The notes below the pieces were generated by a model, which worked only from the letters and a program-made list of their open reading frames with translations, had not been told where the DNA came from and did not search any database. Source: an uncultured Alphaproteobacteria bacterium (GTDB lineage: Bacteria > Pseudomonadota > Alphaproteobacteria > RF32 > CAG-239). From it: 64,000 nucleotides of DNA. The position numbers and the translations under genes were made by a program. Location of the stretch: NCBI GenBank assembly GCA_934254915.1, contig CAKQMH010000002.1, positions 85,259 to 149,258 of the forward strand, given 5' to 3'. Shown in pieces: positions 56,898-64,000 of this stretch (within the stretch, counting starts at the first letter, position 1; every line of letters begins with the position of its first letter).

Positions 56898-56950
56898 TAT
56901 TATAAACATATCAAAAAATTTTTAAAAACCTCTCCTGAGTCATCCGGCGG

Positions 56951-57544
56951 CTATAAACTTTTACGAGAATTTAACGCCAGTTGAATCGTTCCTTCATCCA
57001 TATAGTCAAGTTCTGCCCCCATAGGAATACCTTGCGCCAGAGTTGTGACCTTAAGCTCGAATGGTTTAAGTTTCGAAAGCAGGTAATGAGAGGTAATTTG
57101 CCCGTCGACCGTTGCCGGTAAAGCTAAAATAATCTCTTTAACCTTATCCTTTTCGATTCTTTGCAGCAGACTGTCAATGTTCAAATCTTCAGGTGCTACG
57201 CCTTCTAACGCTGATAACACTCCGCCGAGAACGTGATATTTGCCCTTAAAAAAAGATACACGCTCCATTGCCCACAAATCAGCCACGTCCTGCACTACGC
57301 AAATAGTCTGACTGTCGCGGTTTTCGGCTGCACAAATCGAGCAGGGTGATGTGGTGTCAAAATTACCGCAGATTTCGCAGGTTTTAATGTTTTCAGCCAC
57401 ATCATTCATTGCGGAAATCAGCGGCAGAAACAACGCTTCTTTTTTCTTAATCAGCTGCAGGACGATTCTTCGTGCCGAACGACTGCCCAGCGATGGCAGT
57501 TTACTGATCAGTTTAATCAGTTTTTCAATATCGTTTCCGTTCAT
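56951..57544 (-). CDS. recR: Recombination protein RecR
   Basis: 197 aa with a C4 zinc finger (CEICGNFDTTSPCSIC). Confidence 0.9.
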   Translation of the reverse strand: MNGNDIEKLIKLISKLPSLGSRSARRIVLQLIKKKEALFLPLISAMNDVAENIKTCEICGNFDTTSPCSICAAENRDSQTICVVQDVADLWAMERVSFFKGKYHVLGGVLSALEGVAPEDLNIDSLLQRIEKDKVKEIILALPATVDGQITSHYLLSKLKPFELKVTTLAQGIPMGAELDYMDEGTIQLALNSRKSL

Positions 57545-57555
57545 TCTCAGTCTTC

Positions 57556-57876
57556 TTAAAAAGGAAGTTTCAGCCCGCCGAGATTCAATCCGCCGGTAAC
57601 ATCGGCCATAGAACTTTGCATTTTTGCATCAGCTTTGTTTTTAGCATCATTATATGCCGCCACAATTAAATCTTCTAAAATATCAATTTCATCAGCCACG
57701 GCCAAAGACGGATCAATTTTGACAGCTTTCATTTCATATTTGCCGTTAATTGTGATTTTAACCATTCCGCCGCCGCTCAGGCCTTCAACTTCTTCCTGCG
57801 CCAACTTGGCCTGCATATCTTCCATTTTCTTTTGCATGGCCTGCGCTTGTTTCATAATTCCCTGCATATTTAACAT
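57556..57876 (-). CDS. ybaB: Nucleoid-associated protein YbaB/EbfC
   Basis: 106 aa. Conserved between dnaX and recR. Confidence 0.8.
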   Translation of the reverse strand: MLNMQGIMKQAQAMQKKMEDMQAKLAQEEVEGLSGGGMVKITINGKYEMKAVKIDPSLAVADEIDILEDLIVAAYNDAKNKADAKMQSSMADVTGGLNLGGLKLPF

Positions 57877-57879
57877 TGT

Positions 57880-59619
57880 TTACAAATCCTCGTCAAAATA
57901 AGTTTCAGTTTCATCGTAGTTACTGAGGTCTTCTTGATTTTCCTCATTGATTTTACGGGTTAAGGTTTCGATTTTTGAACCCTTAAATTCCGCCAAAATG
58001 GCTTTAACCAGCGGCAAATCCGAAACATTGCGTTTATTGGCTTCGGCGGCGGCTTTTTCTTTATCGGCGATTGTTTCTCCCAACGGGCCGGTCAGAATAT
58101 CTATTTCCCATTTTATACCGGTAGCTTCCAAGAGGAATTTTTGTAATGTCAGCATAAAATCATTATTGATTTTATCCGACACCCGCATTTTTATTTTCCC
58201 GTTGCTGAATTCGGTTATGGAAACATCGTTTTTGAACGCATACTCCAACAGCATTTTTTTATTTTGTTCTAAATATGCTGCCAATTCTTCCGGTGTATTG
58301 AAGACAACTTTTGCCGTCGTAACCGTATCTTCGTTCTCGCTCTTTGCGAAAGCGGTTTGCATTTGCTGCGGTTGTTGTTTCACGGCTGTCTGGTAAAACA
58401 CTTGTGGTGCGGGCGCAGCCGTATTTTTTTCGCTTAGTTTAGATTTTTTTTTTACGTCGTTTAGCATTTCAAACGGCGTTGGCAGTGAAGCAGAATAAGC
58501 AACCCTGATTAAAATCATCTCCAGTGCATCAATTTGCACCGGTGCAATTGCCAATTCATTAACCCCTTTAAGCATCATCTGCCAGATTTTTGACAGGATA
58601 GCAATTGAGGCATTGGGCGCCAGCTTTTTGCAAAATTCTTTTTCACTTTCCGATAGGTCATCGGTATCAATGCTGGAAGGAACAATTTTCGCCTTGGCCA
58701 ACATATGGGTAATGCTGATTAAGTCTTGCAACAAGGTTGTAGGATTAGCCCCGTTTTTATATTGTTCGTTAAGGTTGGCGACTACGGTATTGGTATTACC
58801 GCTCAGCAGATTCTCGAACAAAACAAAAGTTTGATTACGGTCGGCCAGACCAATCATATTCTTAACAATATCGGTTTTAACTTTACCCGAACCTAATGAA
58901 ATTGCCTGATCAAGCAGTGATAATCCGTCACGGCAAGAACCGTCAGCTGCTTTGGCAATAATATGCAAAGCCTCATCTTCGGCTTCCAAATTTTCTTTTT
59001 TGATAATGTTCTTAAAATGATTAACCAGAGTATCAACCGTCAACCGTTGTAAGTCAAAACGTTGGCATCTTGACAATACCGTAATCGGAACTTTGCGAAT
59101 TTCGGTAGTCGCAAAAATAAAAATAACATGCGATGGCGGCTCTTCCAAGGTTTTCAAAAGTGCATTAAAGGCGTTTTTGGACAACATATGCACTTCGTCG
59201 ATGATATAAATTTTATAGCGGGCATTGGTTGGTTTATAACGTACTCCGTCTAAAATCTCGCGAATATCATCAACCCCGGTGCGTGACGCCGCATCAAGTT
59301 CCAATACATCAATATGACGAGAAGCCGCAATAGCTTTGCAATTTTCACAAACACCGCAAGGATTAATCGTCGGCCCGCCGTTACCGTCAGGACCGGTACA
59401 ATTCAGAGCTTTAGCAATCAAGCGTGCCGTTGTAGTTTTTCCCACACCGCGGATGCCGGTCAAAATATAGGCATGGTGCAACCGATTGTTTTTTATGGCA
59501 TTAGTCAGCGTCTGAACCAACGCATCCTGCCCCAACAGTTCATCAAAACTTTGCGGACGATATTTGCGTGCCAGAACTACATATTGCTGATCTTGATTTT
59601 CTAAATTATTTTCTGCCAT
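57880..59619 (-). CDS. dnaX: DNA polymerase III subunits tau/gamma
   Basis: Walker A GIRGVGKTT and zinc module CGVCENC. Start reassigned to MAENNLENQ... at 59619, because the tracked 5' extension overlaps the SRP RNA. Confidence 0.9.
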   Translation of the reverse strand: MAENNLENQDQQYVVLARKYRPQSFDELLGQDALVQTLTNAIKNNRLHHAYILTGIRGVGKTTTARLIAKALNCTGPDGNGGPTINPCGVCENCKAIAASRHIDVLELDAASRTGVDDIREILDGVRYKPTNARYKIYIIDEVHMLSKNAFNALLKTLEEPPSHVIFIFATTEIRKVPITVLSRCQRFDLQRLTVDTLVNHFKNIIKKENLEAEDEALHIIAKAADGSCRDGLSLLDQAISLGSGKVKTDIVKNMIGLADRNQTFVLFENLLSGNTNTVVANLNEQYKNGANPTTLLQDLISITHMLAKAKIVPSSIDTDDLSESEKEFCKKLAPNASIAILSKIWQMMLKGVNELAIAPVQIDALEMILIRVAYSASLPTPFEMLNDVKKKSKLSEKNTAAPAPQVFYQTAVKQQPQQMQTAFAKSENEDTVTTAKVVFNTPEELAAYLEQNKKMLLEYAFKNDVSITEFSNGKIKMRVSDKINNDFMLTLQKFLLEATGIKWEIDILTGPLGETIADKEKAAAEANKRNVSDLPLVKAILAEFKGSKIETLTRKINEENQEDLSNYDETETYFDEDL

Positions 59620-59635
59620 AAGTTCAAACCTGTAA

Positions 59636-59730
59636 AAAAGGAGGAGAACAACGACCCTGATTACATTCGTTACGGCTGCTTTCTTCCGAACCTGACCGGA
59701 TTGGCGACAAACCAGCCCACTGTTCTCCAT
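59636..59730 (-). ncRNA. ffs: Signal recognition particle RNA (small 4.5S type)
   Basis: Domain IV-like GGUCAGGUUCGGAAGAAAGCAGCC. Closing helix GGAGAACA/UGUUCUCC. U-tract at the 3' end. Immediately upstream of dnaX. Confidence 0.7.
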
Positions 59731-59789
59731 TGCTTATACATAACAGAAAACAACCTTTTTTCAAGTATATTTTGGGCTTATGCGCTTAA

Positions 59790-61265
59790 TTATTGAATAA
59801 CGATATTCATTTGTTTAAGCTCGTTAGCCACGGCATCGCGTTGGTTGATTTCCGAGCTTGAAACACTGCCGGCCGTATCCAACACTTCACCGTAAATGCT
59901 TATTTCTGCGGTGGATTTGTCTTTGCCGTATATACGTGGAGCAATATATTCCGGCGAAATTTTTACCGCTGATAAAAGCTGGTTATCGCCGTTGTCGCTG
60001 AACCGTTTGGGTGCGGCTTCAACCACCACATCACCATTCGGGCGAATTTCCATAATATCAAGACTGTGTTGGTTTGTTCCGTCTTCAAACAATCTGAAGC
60101 CGCCGTTTATACCGGCATAGCCATCGGGATTGGTTATGGCCTGATTTAAATCGTCAAGATTTTGCTTGGCCAAACTGTTAGCCAAGGCCACCGCATCATA
60201 GGCGACCGAATACAAACTGCTGGGGCGTTCATTAAACAGGTTGTTATATTTGTTGGCAAAATAGCTGCTGTATGTCCGTGACAATGCCGGATACCAGCTT
60301 TTTACAATCATCGATTCTTTGTTATAATATCCGTTTTCCCAAATTGATGTTCCCAAAAACTGAACTTGCGGATAAGCAACATCATAATAAGCAAACATCG
60401 AAATCGCCGATGTCAATTTTGCTCCGGATTCGGGAATAATTATAGCATCAAACCCGACATCGCCCAGTCCTTCTTTGGTTTTAAGCCGCTGTAAAGCTTT
60501 AGCCGCCGCCGTATCACCGTTATTGGCTTTTTGCTGCAAGTTGTTTTTCAAGGCATTAAGCTGTCCTTTACGTGTGTTATAATTGGTCATTTGCTTGATT
60601 ATTTCCGAAAAATCGGATGTCGCCGGCGGATAATAACCGATAACGCTGACCCTTACCCCGTTTTTCTGTGCTGACTTAACCGCGGCTTTAGCCACAGCAT
60701 TACCGGTTGAGTTGTCGGGAATCAGCAGAGCAAAACGTGAACGTCCTTTTTGTGCGGCATAAGTCATGATACGGTTAACCTGTTCCTCAACCAACAAACC
60801 TAAAGTGTAAACTGTCGGCTGCAAAACTTCCTGCGAAGTTGAAAAAGCGATAACCGGCACGCCTTTATAAATGGTTTCATTGGCAATGGCTTGAACTTCG
60901 GTACTCATCAACGGGCCGATAATCAAATTCGCATGTTGGCGTATGGCATTTTCTGCAGCGATTCGCGCCCCGCTGGCAGTGCTTTGTGTGTCATAATATT
61001 GCAAAATTAAATTAGGATTTTTCACATCATCTAGTGCTAACATGGTGGCATTGCGCAAACCTTGTCCTTGTTTGGCGGCCTGACCGCTGAGCGGTAACAA
61101 AACCCCCACGCGGAAACTGGAGCTGCCGGAGATGTTTATTTCGCTTATTTCGGTGTTGATTACATCTGCTCCGCCGTTTGCTGCCACCTTTGGTTTTTCG
61201 GTGGTGGAACAAGCTGCCAAAGCTATGCAGAAAAATAAAAAACTAAATTTTTTTAACACTTGCAT
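59790..61265 (-). CDS. LppC/LpoA-like periplasmic-binding-fold lipoprotein (penicillin-binding protein activator-like)
   Basis: 491 aa. Lipobox IALAAC and a type I PBP-like fold. Sits in the rsmI(yraL)-yraM-yraN arrangement. Confidence 0.55.
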   Translation of the reverse strand: MQVLKKFSFLFFCIALAACSTTEKPKVAANGGADVINTEISEINISGSSSFRVGVLLPLSGQAAKQGQGLRNATMLALDDVKNPNLILQYYDTQSTASGARIAAENAIRQHANLIIGPLMSTEVQAIANETIYKGVPVIAFSTSQEVLQPTVYTLGLLVEEQVNRIMTYAAQKGRSRFALLIPDNSTGNAVAKAAVKSAQKNGVRVSVIGYYPPATSDFSEIIKQMTNYNTRKGQLNALKNNLQQKANNGDTAAAKALQRLKTKEGLGDVGFDAIIIPESGAKLTSAISMFAYYDVAYPQVQFLGTSIWENGYYNKESMIVKSWYPALSRTYSSYFANKYNNLFNERPSSLYSVAYDAVALANSLAKQNLDDLNQAITNPDGYAGINGGFRLFEDGTNQHSLDIMEIRPNGDVVVEAAPKRFSDNGDNQLLSAVKISPEYIAPRIYGKDKSTAEISIYGEVLDTAGSVSSSEINQRDAVANELKQMNIVIQ

Positions 61266-61337
61266 TTTATCCTAAAATATAAAACAATCTTGATTAAAAT
61301 TTTAGTTTAATTTTTTCGTCTTGTAAAGAGAGGTTTC

Positions 61338-62174
61338 TTGAAAAGCGGTATTTATGTGGTCGCCACTCCGATTGGCAATTTGGGTGATATTTCCGCCCGC
61401 GCCTTGGAGGTGTTGCAAGCGGCGGATGTTATTGCCTGTGAAGATACCAGAGTGACTAAAAAACTGTTTTCACTCTTGGGGCTGAACTTAAATAAAAAGT
61501 TCATCACTTTTCAGGATCATAATGAGGAAGAACAGGCGCAAAAACTGATTGATATGGTTAATCAGGGTTTGGCAATTGCGCAGGTCAGCGATGCCGGCAG
61601 CCCGCTTATTTCCGATCCCGGTTATCATCTGATTAAACATTGCCGCGAGCAAGGAGTTAAAGTTTATGCCGTTCCCGGAGCCTGCGCCTTAATTTGTGCG
61701 CTTCAGCTCTCCGGCTTGCCGACCAACAGCTTTATGTTTGCCGGTTTTATTCCGAATAAAGACAAAGCACGCTACGATTTATTTAATAAACTTAAAGCTT
61801 TGGACACCACTCTGGTCTTTTATGAAACGGCTAATCGGATTCTTAAAACTCTGGGTGTTATGCGGGAGCTTTTTCCGCAGCGGGAAATAGCCGTTGCCCG
61901 CGAAATAACCAAAGTTTATGAAGAATGTCAAAACGGTACAGCTAATGAATTGATAACACATTTTACGGCTAACGAACCGAAAGGCGAAATGGTGGTTATG
62001 GTTGCCCCGCCGACTGTGGCTGATTTACCATCGGTTGATGTCGATTCTTTGCTGCGGGCTGCAATGGTTGATTGCAGCCTTAAAGACGCCGTCAAACAAA
62101 TAACCGCCGCATATAATCTTAATAAGAATGAGGTTTACGCTCAGGCGCTGAAAATCAAAAATGAACAATTATAA
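61338..62174 (+). CDS. rsmI: 16S rRNA 2'-O-ribose C1402 methyltransferase RsmI
   Basis: IYVVATPIGNLGDIS, CEDTR. Confidence 0.85.
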   Translation: MKSGIYVVATPIGNLGDISARALEVLQAADVIACEDTRVTKKLFSLLGLNLNKKFITFQDHNEEEQAQKLIDMVNQGLAIAQVSDAGSPLISDPGYHLIKHCREQGVKVYAVPGACALICALQLSGLPTNSFMFAGFIPNKDKARYDLFNKLKALDTTLVFYETANRILKTLGVMRELFPQREIAVAREITKVYEECQNGTANELITHFTANEPKGEMVVMVAPPTVADLPSVDVDSLLRAAMVDCSLKDAVKQITAAYNLNKNEVYAQALKIKNEQL

Positions 62175-62511
62175 AAGCGGACATTGGGCGGAATTGATAG
62201 CCCTTAATTATCTTCGCTGCTGCGGCTACAGTCTGGTTTGCCGCAATTATCAGGCTTTGCGCGGAACAATGGCCGGTGAGATTGATCTTATTATGCGCAA
62301 AGGTCGAACCATTGTCTTTGTCGAGGTTAAAAAACGTTCAACTCTCGATAATGCGGCGTATGCCATTCAGCCCCGACAACAAGAGCGGATTCGTTATGCT
62401 GCTGAAGCTTTTCTGGCTTCACATCCGCAATTTGCCGAATTTGATATTCGGTTTGACGCGGTTTTAATTGCTTTTCCGTTTAAGCTGAAACATTTGCCCG
62501 ACGCTTTTTAA
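62161..62511 (+). CDS. yraN: YraN/UPF0102 family endonuclease-like protein
   Basis: 116 aa. GEIDLIM...VFVEVK. Confidence 0.7.
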   Translation: MNNYKSGHWAELIALNYLRCCGYSLVCRNYQALRGTMAGEIDLIMRKGRTIVFVEVKKRSTLDNAAYAIQPRQQERIRYAAEAFLASHPQFAEFDIRFDAVLIAFPFKLKHLPDAF

Positions 62512-62570
62512 TTCATAACAAGAAACCCTGCTCTTGAGCAGGGTTTCTGTTAAATCTAAGCTTATAGAGC

Positions 62571-63497
62571 TTATTTTTTGAGCTGTGAAGCAACTTCTGC
62601 GGCGAAGTCTTCTTCTTTTTTCTGCAGACCTTCACCGAGTTTGAAGCAAGCATAGTCAACAATCTTGATGTCTGCGCCCATTTCTTTAGCGGCATCGGCA
62701 ACAACTTGTTTAACCTTCTTATCCGGATCCATGATATAAGCTTGTTCTTCCAAAACAACTTCGTCATAGAATTTACGAACACGGCCTTCAACCATTTTTT
62801 CAATGATGTTAGCCGGTTTGCCGGAAGCTTTTGCCTGTTCGGAATAAATAGCTTTTTCATGCTCAACTGCCGCCGGATCAACACCGGCAATAGTCAAAGC
62901 TACCGGATTGGTAGCAGCAATGTGCATGGCAATGTGTTTGCCAAGTTCGGCCAATTTAGCCTTATCGCCGGTTGATTCCAGCGCAACCAAAACGCCGATT
63001 TTACCGGTATTTGCACTGCTGGCATTATGAATATACGAAGCAACAACGCCATTGTTTACTTCTACGACTTTTGCCCGACGCAGGTTCATATTTTCACCGA
63101 TTTTGGCAATCATGTCAGTCAGACGTTCTTCAAAAGTTTTACCGCATTTCGGGCAATTGAAGTTTTTCATCTCGCAAACATCGCCATGGCATTTCAAAGC
63201 GACAATGGCGGCATCGGCAACATATTCTTGGAAAATGTCGTTTTTAGCCACAAAGTCGGTTTCAGAGTTAACTTCGACAACCGCACCTTTATTACCTTCA
63301 ACATAAACCGAAACCAAACCTTCGGCAGCGATACGGCTGGCTTTTTTTGCCGCGGAAGCCAAACCTTTTTTGCGCAGCCAGTCAACAGCTTCATCCATAT
63401 TGCCGTTGCATTCAACCAAAGCTTTTTTGCAGTCAAGCATTCCGGCGCTGGTTGCTTCTCTGAGTTCTTTAACCATAGCGGCTGTAATATCTGTCAT
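62571..63497 (-). CDS. tsf: Elongation factor Ts
   Basis: 308 aa. MTDITAAMVKELREATSAGMLDCKKAL. Confidence 0.9.
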   Translation of the reverse strand: MTDITAAMVKELREATSAGMLDCKKALVECNGNMDEAVDWLRKKGLASAAKKASRIAAEGLVSVYVEGNKGAVVEVNSETDFVAKNDIFQEYVADAAIVALKCHGDVCEMKNFNCPKCGKTFEERLTDMIAKIGENMNLRRAKVVEVNNGVVASYIHNASSANTGKIGVLVALESTGDKAKLAELGKHIAMHIAATNPVALTIAGVDPAAVEHEKAIYSEQAKASGKPANIIEKMVEGRVRKFYDEVVLEEQAYIMDPDKKVKQVVADAAKEMGADIKIVDYACFKLGEGLQKKEEDFAAEVASQLKK

Positions 63498-63601
63498 TTC
63501 AAAATCCTTCTTTTCTGATTAATTAACGGCGATATTCGATAATATGATTTAAAGAATACCGCCGCTTATTTTTTTTGATATATTTCTAAAATGATTTAGA
63601 A

Positions 63602-64000
63602 CTATTCGGCAGCAGCCTCAGCGGTTGCTTTTTTCGAAGCTCTTTTTTTAGCCGGTTTGGCAGCTTCTTCAACGTTCTCAACCATTTCGTCAACTTTAAC
63701 GCCTTGAGCAGCGATTTGTGCCTGCATACCATCCAAAACAGCAGCTGAAACTAATTCGCAGTAGAATTGGATAGCGCGGATAGCGTCATCGTTACCCGGA
63801 ACCGGTAAATCAACTTCTTCAGGGTTAGCGTTGGTATCAACAATACCGATAACCGGAATGCCGAGTTTCTTAGCTTCTTTGATTGCCAAAGATTCTTTAC
63901 CTGTATCAATTACAAACAACAAATCCGGTTGGCCGCCCATATTCATGATACCGCCCAATTCCTGATTGAGTTTGCCTTGTTCTTTTTTCAGGTTCAGCAT
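63602..64000 (-). CDS. rpsB: 30S ribosomal protein S2 (partial; N-terminus beyond window end)
   Basis: C-terminal S2 sequence ([15 protein letters not shown]...[10 protein letters not shown]). The apparent Met at the window edge is internal. Confidence 0.85.
   Translation of the reverse strand: MLNLKKEQGKLNQELGGIMNMGGQPDLLFVIDTGKESLAIKEAKKLGIPVIGIVDTNANPEEVDLPVPGNDDAIRAIQFYCELVSAAVLDGMQAQIAAQGVKVDEMVENVEEAAKPAKKRASKKATAEAAAE

Noticed and set aside
57880-59730. 616-aa dnaX ORF with N-terminal extension MENSGLVCRQSGQVRKKAAVT...
   Set aside because: The extension is encoded by the SRP RNA gene (ffs) on the same strand. The authentic DnaX N-terminus begins at the ATG at 59619 (MAENNLENQDQQYVVLARKYRP).
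63602-64000. Apparent Met start of rpsB at the window edge
   Set aside because: The ATG at the window boundary is an internal Met of ribosomal protein S2. The gene continues beyond position 64000.
1-64000. Mobile elements (IS, transposase, integrase, prophage)
   Set aside because: No transposase, integrase, recombinase or phage structural homologue was recognisable on either strand. The accessory segments lack terminal inverted repeats typical of IS elements. The only repeat pair, at tRNA-Arg, is reported separately.

Overview
This is a 64-kb chromosomal window from a moderately low-GC alphaproteobacterium. The genus cannot be assigned from sequence alone.

The alphaproteobacterial assignment rests on synteny:
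- rluD-rpoH, with a canonical RpoH box (QKKLFFNLR)
- miaB-ybeZ(phoH-like)-ybeY-lnt-XRE-trmB
- dnaQ-coaE | 500-bp AT-rich gap | rho-mnmE-mnmG-rsmG-parA-parB
- recR-ybaB-dnaX-ffs
- rsmI/lpoA-like/yraN
- tsf-rpsB

Most of the window is densely packed housekeeping genes (tsaD, nth, folD, miaB, lnt, trmB, dnaB, rho, mnmEG, parAB, tsaE, mlaEF, radA, cvpA, recR, dnaX, tsf). One tRNA-Arg(CCG) and an SRP RNA upstream of dnaX were also found.

Core synteny is interrupted by accessory or unusual segments:
1. 27.3-34.2 kb: a same-strand six-gene cluster of uncharacterised proteins ending in an orphan type IV coupling protein (VirD4/TraG-like ATPase). It is preceded by two paralogous two-TM membrane proteins. 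No channel, relaxase or pilus genes are in the window. This is the best candidate for an undescribed system.
2. 21.5-25.2 kb: a membrane-anchored protein-kinase-fold pseudokinase with a downstream membrane partner, divergent from a degenerate GGDEF protein.
3. 36.7-40.3 kb: an orphan type IV prepilin-like gene plus an island of secreted, lipoprotein and outer-membrane genes.
4. 16.6-17.3 kb: a 0.9-kb ORF-free tract downstream of tRNA-Arg containing two 81-82 bp direct repeats (terminator hairpin plus a tRNA-like fragment).
5. 42.3-42.8 kb: an AT-rich intergenic region at the syntenic position of the alphaproteobacterial origin, carrying two perfect TTAA-N7-TTAA (CtrA-type) boxes and DnaA-box-like 9-mers.

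Other oddities are a His/Cys-rich C-terminal tail on FolD, an ADP-dependent sugar-kinase-family gene, tandem ycgN paralogues and a tandem ArsR-wHTH regulator. The expected neighbours metK and corC are absent from the miaB-trmB block, which suggests genome reduction. No transposase, integrase or CRISPR was seen.
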